Assembly: GCA_963805625.1 (NCBI GenBank)
Contig: CAWDVE010000014.1
Coordinates: forward strand, 96,001 to 160,000
DNA length: 64,000 nt
Source: an uncultured Candidatus Rokubacteria bacterium
Lineage (GTDB): Bacteria; Methylomirabilota; Methylomirabilia; Rokubacteriales; DASRDR01
Direction of reading: 5' to 3'
Numbering within the stretch: position 1 is the stretch's first letter; every line of letters starts with the position of its first letter. The notes beneath the pieces are model-generated. The model made no database searches. It saw only the letters and a program-made list of their open reading frames with translations, and was not told the DNA's origin. The translations under genes and the position numbers were made by a program. This document shows, in pieces, positions 56,598-64,000 of this stretch.

Positions 56598-57037
56598 GCG
56601 TCCCGGTCAGGAGCGTCGACCGCGTCGCCATCGCCGTCCGTAGCCTGGATCGGGCACGCGCCTTCTTCGAGCGTCACTTCGGCGCGGAGTTCGGCCCCGT
56701 CGAGGACGTCGCGGTGGACGGCTATCGCTATGTCCCGTTCAGGATCGCCGGCTTCACCCTGGAGCTCCTGGAGCCGTACACCCCCGACAGCCCGATCGCC
56801 CGGTTCCTCGATCGCCGCGGGGAAGGCGTCTACCAGATCTCTTTCATGGTCGACGACGTCGATGCCGCGGCGGCCACCCTGCGGGCCGAAGGCCTCACCG
56901 TCCTCGGCCCCCGCACGTACGACACGGACGTCGTGCTCGAGGGATGCCGGTGGAAGGAGGCCTTCGTCCATCCGAAGGACGCCCACGGGGTGCTGCTCTT
57001 CCTCGGCGAGCGGACACCGGTGACCGAGGCGACCTGA
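56594..57037 (+). CDS. VOC family protein (methylmalonyl-CoA epimerase-like)
   Basis: VAIAVRSLD, LELLEP..DSPIARFL.RRGEG, FVHPKDAHGVL. Confidence 0.85.
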   Translation: MSVPVRSVDRVAIAVRSLDRARAFFERHFGAEFGPVEDVAVDGYRYVPFRIAGFTLELLEPYTPDSPIARFLDRRGEGVYQISFMVDDVDAAAATLRAEGLTVLGPRTYDTDVVLEGCRWKEAFVHPKDAHGVLLFLGERTPVTEAT

Positions 57038-57126
57038 CCGGGCTCGGACGTGCCCCATCTCCCCTGCACGTTCCTTGATCCACGGCCGAACGCGTCAGCT
57101 CGACTGACGAATGCCTCGCGGACCCC

Positions 57127-57558
57127 TCAGCCACGGAGCGAGAGGCCGAGGAGGACGATCGACAGGGCGACCAGGACGTTCAGGCGGGCGACCCAGGACG
57201 CTCGGACGCGAGCGGACGGATCCGCACCGGGGAGGTTGGCGCGCGGGCCGAGGACGAAGTCGTGGAACGCGCTCAAGAGCAGAGCGAGACCCACGAGCCC
57301 CAGCTTCCCGTGGAACCGGCCGGAGCGGAGCAGGCCTGGTTGAAACCACAGGTTCAGGAGCCCCGTGAGGAGCAGAATCCCCAGCGCGATCCAGGCGATC
57401 GTCCGGAAGCGCCGACCGCTGTCCTGGATGAGGCGCGCCCGGAGCGTCGCGTCGCCGAGCGCCCGGGCCGTGGGGACCAGGACCAGCGCGATGAACAGCA
57501 TGCCGCCTACCCAGGTGATCGCCGAAAGGACGTGGACCCAGCGGACGAACAGCGCCAC
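57127..57558 (-). CDS. CopD/DUF4149-like four-TM protein
   Basis: RWVHVLSAITWVGGMLF, LSAFHDFVLGP; GTG overlaps the Crp/Fnr stop. Confidence 0.78.
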   Translation of the reverse strand: MALFVRWVHVLSAITWVGGMLFIALVLVPTARALGDATLRARLIQDSGRRFRTIAWIALGILLLTGLLNLWFQPGLLRSGRFHGKLGLVGLALLLSAFHDFVLGPRANLPGADPSARVRASWVARLNVLVALSIVLLGLSLRG

Positions 57559-58268
57559 TACTGCGACTCGCCCTGGGCGCGGGCGCGCAAGGCAGCCTGG
57601 TCCCGTACGATGAGGCGGCCACCGTGGTCCTCCACCAGCTCGTCCCGCAGCCAGCGGCTCACCACGCGGATGGCTGTCTCCACCGTGGTCCCCGACATGT
57701 CGGCCAGGCTCTGACGCGTCAAGTGGAACGGCAACTCGACCCCGCGCTTCGTGCGGACCCCCTCCCGGTCCGCCAGCCGCAGCAGGGTGGCCGCCAGGCG
57801 CGCCTCCACCGGCTCGGCCGACAGGGACTTGACCGAGTCGTGGGCGGCCCGAAGCCGCCGGCCGATCAGGAGCGCCATCTCGCGGACGACCGGCGGATGG
57901 CGTTCCGCGAGACCCACGACGACGTCGGCCGGGATCTGCACCACGATACTGGGCTCCGTCGCCTGGGCCGACGCCGGATAAGGTCGTCGCTCGATGACGG
58001 CGACGCCGCCGAAGATCTCGCCGGGGCCGAGCAGCTCCAGGACCACGTCCTTGCCCGTGCGGGAATGATGCACAATCCGCACATGCCCGGCCCTGACGAG
58101 ACAGAGCCACAGCGCCGGATCGCCCTCGTGGAACACATACTCTCGGGCTCGGCAGGGCACCTCGCGCGCCGCCGCCGCGAGGGACTCCAGCTCGAGGGCC
58201 GGAAGCCCAGCAAACACGGAGCTGGCCCGCAAGAAGTCGAGCGCTTCCCCGGAGTCCGGACGCGACAT
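57558..58268 (-). CDS. Crp/Fnr-family regulator (DNR/NnrR-like, no FNR Cys cluster)
   Basis: VFHEGDPA, LGPGEIFG, YPASAQA, VEARLA, HTH LTRQSLADMSGTTVETAIRVVSRW. Confidence 0.92.
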   Translation of the reverse strand: MSRPDSGEALDFLRASSVFAGLPALELESLAAAAREVPCRAREYVFHEGDPALWLCLVRAGHVRIVHHSRTGKDVVLELLGPGEIFGGVAVIERRPYPASAQATEPSIVVQIPADVVVGLAERHPPVVREMALLIGRRLRAAHDSVKSLSAEPVEARLAATLLRLADREGVRTKRGVELPFHLTRQSLADMSGTTVETAIRVVSRWLRDELVEDHGGRLIVRDQAALRARAQGESQ

Positions 58269-58387
58269 CGGCGGCCAGGATAGCACGCGGCGCCGAGCCG
58301 AGACCGGCTGGCGACCCGGTGCGGGAGCCCGACGCTCCTCGAATCAGTCCTGACCGGTTGCGTCCAATCCAACCCGTCTGTGGCCGA

Positions 58388-58957
58388 TCAGTGCCGGTCG
58401 TCACCTTTCGGTCGATCCCCGACGGGCGACTGAACTGACGTCGCACCGCCTTCAGCTCGCCCCTCAGCAGGGAGGGTGTGCCAGCGCTCCTTGGCCACGA
58501 CCTTGGGCTCCGCCGGATCTCCTTCGTAGGCCGGGGTCATGATCTGCACGCCGTACTCGTTGAACACATCCAGAATGTTGCGGTGCATGTCCGAGTACAG
58601 CGCATTCATCGCCTGCGCGTTGTCGCAGTAGGCGTTGAGCTCGTACAGTCAGGCGCCGGCAAAGTCGATCCGAGCGACTTGGCTGCCGGCACGAACGGCT
58701 CGGACTGCACCGCTGGATCTCGAGCAGGCGCGATGTTCCCGGATGACACGGGCGCGATCGCAGCCGGAACCGACATGGCGCCAACGACCCAGAAGAGGAC
58801 TCGCCACCGGCGCGACGGAGGCCGTTTGGGGTCCCGCCTCCTGCATTTCCTCCAGCGCACCAGCCTGATCCTCGACGGGATCGGCCGCGCGCGCGGGCGC
58901 CGCGTCAAGGAGCGCCCAGACCTGAATCGCGATTCCCGCTATGAAAATTGCTTTCAT
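58388..58957 (-). pseudogene. MscS-family channel gene, internally deleted
   Basis: Signal-peptide start at 58957, frameshifted body, then C-terminus YELNAYCD..LYSDMHRNILDVFNEYGVQIMTPAYEGDP. Confidence 0.75.
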
Positions 58958-58983
58958 GACTCCTTCCATCGGAACCGGTCCTC

Positions 58984-61353
58984 TCAGCGGCCGCCGGCCA
59001 GGGCCTGGCTCCACTCGACCGGATCCTCCGGCGCGACCCCCGCGGGCCGGAGCCCCGACGAGGTCTGGAGATCCGCCCAGCTGAGGCGGCCGTCGACCCC
59101 GTACGGGCGGAGGCGGACGCGGCCCGACGAGGGCTCCACTCGGACCTCCACGAAGCTCTGGTAGAACGGCGCGACGTTGACGTCGAATGCCGCCGAGAGC
59201 CACTCCACCGAGTACGGCCAGGCGCCCAGGTACTGGGTCCACCACCAGAAGGGCGCCTTCCAGGGCGGGAGGGTCGCCCGGATCTTCCCGGTGACCTGGG
59301 CGGTCGTCGGGTGGAACGCCCAATCGGCGGCGGCCGGCGCGGCCGGCCAGTCGAGCGCGGTGCCGAAGCTCAGGTAGGCCCCACCGCCACCATTGACGAC
59401 GTGGGTGACGCCCCCGCGGCCACCGCCATCCCCGCGCTCCAGGTAGTACTCGAGATCGTGAGTGTCGCCGGCCATGACGATGGCGACCCCGTGCTGGCGC
59501 AGGAGCCGGTGGAGCGCGAGGAACTCGTCGTCTCCCTCCGCCCGGTAGAGGCCCCCTGCGTACAACGGATGGCCCAGAATGGCCATCGTGAATTTGCCGC
59601 GCGCCGCGGCGAGCGCGCCCTGGAGCCACGCATGCTGGGCCGGGTCGACCCGCCGGATGACCCCGGTGTCGACGGCCAGCAGCGCGAAGTCACGGGTCTG
59701 GATCTGGAAGAAGGGGGCGCGCTGGAACCCCGTGGGCACCCCGTACTGCCGGCGAAGCTGCCCGGCCTGGGCGATCAGCTCCTCGATCCGCCCGTCCGTG
59801 GTGCTCGTGAGCCGGTTGTCGACCTCGATCCGCGCCCGCATCGTCCGCCGGGCTGCCTCCTCGGTCATGAACGTGGCGGCGAACGCCTCCAGTGCGTCGT
59901 ACCAATCGTGATTGCCGGGGATGGCATACACCGGCTTGCCGGTTCCCTTAAAGGGCAGCCAGAACTTCGCCTCGTAGTCTTTCATCGCCCCCACCGGGTA
60001 GACCACGTCCGACGACACCACGATGAAGCGCACGTCCTCGCGCCGGGCCACCGCGAGAAGCTGGTCCCGCAGGATCTGCTGGGACGCGTCCCCTTCGCCG
60101 GGGTCGCCGATGACGATGAAGGCGAAGTCCCCACCGTCCGCGACGCCGGGCGGCGTCACCGCGAACGCCTCGGCGCCGGCGCGGGGCTCCTGGTCCAACA
60201 CCGTCGCGACCATCGCTTCCCGCCAGGTGTCGGTGCGCGCCTCGGCCCAGCGGTTCCACATACCCGCCGCCCAGTTCTCGGTGTCGAAGAACCAGCTCAT
60301 GCCGAACACCGGGGACGTGGCCGCCACGAACGCAGCGGCGGGTAGACCGATCTGGAGGCCGCGGCTCAATGCCGCGGGCAGTGAGTAGCGCGCCGCACGG
60401 AGGCGCACGGCGAACCGGAGCCGGTGGTCGAGCCAGGCCCGGACAAGCGCGCGCGTCCACCGGGAGCCGCTTGCGTCGAGGCACCACGCCCACGCGCGCC
60501 GCTCGAGCCCCCGGCTGGCGCGTCGGGTGAGCAGGCGGGCGGGGATCACGACCCCGAACGCGATGAGAAGGGCGAGGGAGAGGTCACCCAGCACGGCCAC
60601 GAAAGGCGACAGGACGCCGAGCGCCGACCGGTCTAGGCCCATGCGGCCGAGGTGAATGCCGAAGAGCGTGACGGCGAACGCGGCGATCCAGCCCCGGTCG
60701 ATCCCCGCTCGTCCCTGCTCCTCTGTTGCCAGACTACGGGCGAGGTCCGCCAGGGCCGGGCTGTCCGCCAGATCCAGGTCCTGCGCGACCGTGTCGCCGG
60801 TATCCTCGGGCGTGTAGGCCGGCGTCGTGATGATGCTCCACGTCGTGCCCACGAGGCGGAATGCGCCAGCGGCGGCGATCGCCCACCGGACGGCGGATCC
60901 GCGGACCAGGAGCAGCAGGACCGCCAGCAGCCCGTAGCCGAGCGCGGGCAGGGCCCGGGCTCGAAGCCCGGGCCCTGCCCCGGCGGCGCGGCCCACGGCG
61001 TTCCGGAGCGCGTCGACTCCGAACCAGGCCGCGAGCAGAAGCAAGATGGCCCGGCCGGCCAGGTCGCCGGCCTGCAGGACCAGTACGCCCATGGCGAGCG
61101 TGATCGCCCCACCGATCCACGCCGCGCGTCGGCCCTCCGCGGTCGACCGGCGAACGCCGTGAGCGAGCTCGAGGCAGGCTCCTGTCAGGAGCGCGAGCCC
61201 CACGACCGTCGGGGTGGCGGGCCCCGCGAAGAGCGGCGCCACCGCGGCGAGCGCCGCCAGCAGCAGGACGACGGCGCCCAGCCCGCTCGGTCCGGGGCGC
61301 GCCGGTCCGGTCGCCGCAAACATCCCGCGCAATCGTTGGCGGGGATCTCGCAT
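58984..61353 (-). CDS. Polytopic membrane protein with C-terminal calcineurin-like metallophosphoesterase
   Basis: N-terminal DUF308-like TMs; IGDPGEG, SSDVVYP, PGNHDWYD, LGHP, AGDTH. Confidence 0.85.
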   Translation of the reverse strand: MRDPRQRLRGMFAATGPARPGPSGLGAVVLLLAALAAVAPLFAGPATPTVVGLALLTGACLELAHGVRRSTAEGRRAAWIGGAITLAMGVLVLQAGDLAGRAILLLLAAWFGVDALRNAVGRAAGAGPGLRARALPALGYGLLAVLLLLVRGSAVRWAIAAAGAFRLVGTTWSIITTPAYTPEDTGDTVAQDLDLADSPALADLARSLATEEQGRAGIDRGWIAAFAVTLFGIHLGRMGLDRSALGVLSPFVAVLGDLSLALLIAFGVVIPARLLTRRASRGLERRAWAWCLDASGSRWTRALVRAWLDHRLRFAVRLRAARYSLPAALSRGLQIGLPAAAFVAATSPVFGMSWFFDTENWAAGMWNRWAEARTDTWREAMVATVLDQEPRAGAEAFAVTPPGVADGGDFAFIVIGDPGEGDASQQILRDQLLAVARREDVRFIVVSSDVVYPVGAMKDYEAKFWLPFKGTGKPVYAIPGNHDWYDALEAFAATFMTEEAARRTMRARIEVDNRLTSTTDGRIEELIAQAGQLRRQYGVPTGFQRAPFFQIQTRDFALLAVDTGVIRRVDPAQHAWLQGALAAARGKFTMAILGHPLYAGGLYRAEGDDEFLALHRLLRQHGVAIVMAGDTHDLEYYLERGDGGGRGGVTHVVNGGGGAYLSFGTALDWPAAPAAADWAFHPTTAQVTGKIRATLPPWKAPFWWWTQYLGAWPYSVEWLSAAFDVNVAPFYQSFVEVRVEPSSGRVRLRPYGVDGRLSWADLQTSSGLRPAGVAPEDPVEWSQALAGGR

Positions 61354-61719
61354 TGCGCGACTCTAGCACGCTCCATTCGAGGTAGGCGCCTCAGTCCGAG
61401 ATTGGGCCGGACGACGAGGCGAGGGTCATTCGACATTCCCCAACCGGAATGTCCGGCGGCTTGGTGATCGGCGCCCGCGCCGCTATCGAGCAGGCGCCCC
61501 TGGCGCGGGTCGGCGGGACTCCGAGGACGCGATCAGCACGCCGTTGACCATCCGCCACGACGAGGGCTACCGCTGGCTCACCAAGACGGGAGCGAAGTCC
61601 TCTACCCTTCCGGCCCGGCCTGGCCACACCAGGCGCGGGAGAGCTGGGCGCGCCCCCGTAGGGGCTCACCGCCGGCAGTCCTCGCCACCCAGGCCAGATG
61701 ATCTGGCGGACCGCGCGTC

Positions 61720-63378
61720 CTACGCGCCCAGCCGGTCGAAGACGTTACGCGTGATGCGCTCGACGAACATGTCGCCTCCCTGCAGGCCGTACGCCCATTC
61801 GGTCGAGCCGCAGTTGAAGACCGTCCCCTTGCCCCGGCTGAAGGCGACCATGGCCGCGGTGCCGTACCGGTACTTCTCCAGCCCCGCCGGCGTGACCGTC
61901 CCGTCGAGCTGGCGCACGACCGCCTCCAGGTCCCGCTGGTCCCACATCACGTCGCGCTCGCCGGACGGCCGCTCCCCGAGCGACGCGGGCGCCAGGGCCA
62001 GGATCTCGGTGGTCATGGGCGCGCCGTCGCGGCCGGTCGGGTACGGCAAGCCATGCCGCGTCACGAAGTCGAGCCCATCGCACTCGTAGCCGACGATCCG
62101 GTCCCGGTCGCCGAAGACGTCGCCGTACTCCAGCTGGGTGCCGGCGAACACCCAGTGAGCGGGGCGGTACACCATGTAGCCGCCAGAGGAGCGCGGCATG
62201 ACGTAGCCCAAGCGGTGGTAGCCGCCGCGGGTGAAGGACAGGCCAAAGGTCTGGTTCTCGGGCCGCCCCGTGCGCGGGTTCGACCACATGCCGGTCAGGT
62301 ACTTCTCCTGCGCGGTGCCATAGACGGGGTCGAACTCCGGCACGTACTTGTAGCAGACCATGTCCTGGCCGCCGTTCTCCAGCCGCACCTGCCAGAACGC
62401 GGCGTTGCCGATGAAGAACGCCGCGTGCCCGCCGGCAGCGACGAAGTCGTCCACCACATCGCGCTCCTGCCACGTCCAGTACTCGTCGTGCCCGACCGTC
62501 GTCAGCATGCGGTACCCATCCACTACCCCGGGGTCGCTGTCCAGGTCGCCCTGCACGCAGTAGTCCAGCGCGTAGCCATTGGCTTCCATCCACGGGACGA
62601 AGATCGACTCCCACGTGTGGAAGCCCGCGAACCGCGTCCAGTGGTGGTAGCCCTGCTGGACGTGGCGTGGGAACGCGTCGACGAGCGGACGCTCGCCGAA
62701 ACCCGGGGTACCCGTGTTGGTGTTGCGAATGGTGCTCGGCACCCGGTGCAGCAGGCCGCGCTGCCACGGCCGCTGGAACGACAGCCGGCACGCCACCGAG
62801 CGGTCGTCGCTCGCGTAGAGGCACTTGCCCCCCCAGGCGTTGTAGGCGGCATAGGTGTTGGTGGACAGGACCATCAGGATCTTCGCCACGCGCTTCCGGG
62901 CAGGCGCGCGCACGACGAAGAAGTGGTCCCACTCGAGAGGCTCGCCCTTGGCGTCCTCCGCGCGCAGCGTCACCGCGTAGTAGCCCGACCGCCAGTCCCT
63001 CGGGATCCGGAACGCGAAGCCGTCCGGCCACCCGCAGCCGCGGCCGAACGCCTCGGGCGGCGTCGGATGGAGGGCGCCCCGAATGCCGCTCCGTGTGTAC
63101 ACGAGGTCGCGCCCAGCACCGACCCGCGCGATCTCGATCGAGTATCGCGACGCGGAGGTGGAGGTGTGGAACCGCACCTCGTCGCCCGGCAGGTAGCTCA
63201 GCCGGTCCGTGTAGCACCAGAGGCCGCGCTCGCCGGGCCGGGTGAGACGGTCGTTGTCGGTGCCGACCAGCTTGATGATGAGGCTCAGCCGTCCGGGCGG
63301 TGGCATGTAGGACACCGCATCGGCCGGAGGCCGCTGGGCGACCAGCGCCGCGCGCGGGTCACGTTTCCGCTGGGTCAT
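61720..63378 (-). CDS. N,N-dimethylformamidase large-subunit family protein
   Basis: YTDRLSY, STNTYAAYNAWGG, LSFQRP, VGHDEYW, GN.AFWQVR, GYECDG, VFNCGSTEWAYGL. Confidence 0.85.
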   Translation of the reverse strand: MTQRKRDPRAALVAQRPPADAVSYMPPPGRLSLIIKLVGTDNDRLTRPGERGLWCYTDRLSYLPGDEVRFHTSTSASRYSIEIARVGAGRDLVYTRSGIRGALHPTPPEAFGRGCGWPDGFAFRIPRDWRSGYYAVTLRAEDAKGEPLEWDHFFVVRAPARKRVAKILMVLSTNTYAAYNAWGGKCLYASDDRSVACRLSFQRPWQRGLLHRVPSTIRNTNTGTPGFGERPLVDAFPRHVQQGYHHWTRFAGFHTWESIFVPWMEANGYALDYCVQGDLDSDPGVVDGYRMLTTVGHDEYWTWQERDVVDDFVAAGGHAAFFIGNAAFWQVRLENGGQDMVCYKYVPEFDPVYGTAQEKYLTGMWSNPRTGRPENQTFGLSFTRGGYHRLGYVMPRSSGGYMVYRPAHWVFAGTQLEYGDVFGDRDRIVGYECDGLDFVTRHGLPYPTGRDGAPMTTEILALAPASLGERPSGERDVMWDQRDLEAVVRQLDGTVTPAGLEKYRYGTAAMVAFSRGKGTVFNCGSTEWAYGLQGGDMFVERITRNVFDRLGA

Positions 63379-63660
63379 CGCGTGAGCTCCCCGGTCCGAG
63401 GCGTGCACGTCAGGGCGGCGTCCACCGTGGCGCCACCGTCACGTCGCTTCTACTCGGTCATCCGGACCGATGCAAGAGCCTCCGCCGGCGGCGCCGCTCT
63501 CTCCCGCGTCACCGGCCCCTGTCCCGGGCGCCGGCCCGAAGCGTCAGGCACCGCAGGATGCTCGCGACGTCGGCCGGACCATAATCGCGACACGATGCTT
63601 CCGCGCGGCCCACGACATCACCGCATCCCTGGAAGGAAGCCTCACAAGGTCGACGCGCCC

Positions 63661-63994
63661 TTGCGGCCTCGCGTGAAGGTGTGGGTCGTCTTCGCCGACC
63701 GGCGAAGCTCGGCGACGGCCGGGCCCGCTTCTTCGAGCTGGTCGACGAGCTCGGCTCCATCGGAAGGCCGTCGACCAGATGGGCATGTCCTACCGGGCGG
63801 CGTGGGGGTACATCCGCGAACTGAAGGCCGCCGCCGGATTCGCGTTCCTCACGCGAAAGCCGGGCGGCGGGGGCACGGGCGGCGCGCGCTCGAGCAAGGA
63901 GGGACGAGCCTTCCGGGCTCGGTACCGTCGGTTCCGCGCCTCCCTCGATCAGCTCACGCAGCGTCAATTCGCGCGAACGTTCGGGGAGCCTTGA
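63661..63994 (+). pseudogene. ModE-type winged-HTH regulator with two frameshifts
   Basis: RPRVKVWVVF / KLGDGRARFFELVDELGSI / AVDQMGMSYRAAWGYIREL..GGGGTGGA. Confidence 0.78.
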
Positions 63995-64000
63995 CTGATA

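Noticed and set aside
61390-61700. Possible gene fragment (LTIRHDEGYRWLTKTG)
   Set aside because: Too short to assign to a family; no supportable start or stop
64-63967. Many long antisense or alternate-frame ORFs in the track (e.g. 7005-8345, 14049-16067, 38537-40333, 49402-51342)
   Set aside because: Arg/Pro/Gly-rich shadows of real genes, expected at this GC content; no motifs

Overview
High-GC bacterial DNA. Its gene style (zinc-ribbon cyclase/STAND/TPR giants, an inverted sigma54-activator fusion) suggests an uncultured soil or sediment lineage such as Rokubacteria/Methylomirabilota, which is inference only. No rRNA, tRNA or CRISPR array was seen. 1-21.5 kb is a decayed mosaic of IS remnants and gene fragments around a few intact genes: EVE, DUF2652, a sigma54-driven methanethiol oxidase (mtoX)-SCO unit, a cyclase/STAND protein, a LigAB-type dioxygenase and a 5'-nucleotidase. 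21.6-58.3 kb is a largely intact anaerobic-metabolism island with three parts. (i) An eNOR-type heme-copper nitric oxide reductase operon (HSSQQ active-site helix) with a CuB-less subunit-I paralogue, CtaB, SCO, a Rieske-less cytochrome b-ferredoxin-MvhD fusion, cytochrome c and NnrS/DUF542/DUF2249/radical SAM accessories. (ii) A divergently transcribed split 2-oxoacid:ferredoxin oxidoreductase with an internal CBS gene, small Cys-rich proteins, a PAS-LuxR regulator and an exported protein that is about one third Met. (iii) A class I benzoyl-CoA reductase operon bcrCB-[padBCD]-bcrAD with dch, TetR and GNAT genes, ending in hemerythrin and a Crp/Fnr regulator. A TATGAC-N4-GTCATA palindrome occurs three times in the island, twice at class II Crp/Fnr promoter spacing. 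58.4-64 kb holds a decayed MscS, a membrane metallophosphoesterase, a DMFase-family gene and a ModE pseudogene. The best candidate for a new system is a co-regulated module coupling anaerobic phenylacetate/benzoyl-CoA degradation to eNOR through a Rieske-less cytochrome b-Fd-MvhD electron conduit. All family calls come from motif recognition; no database search was run.
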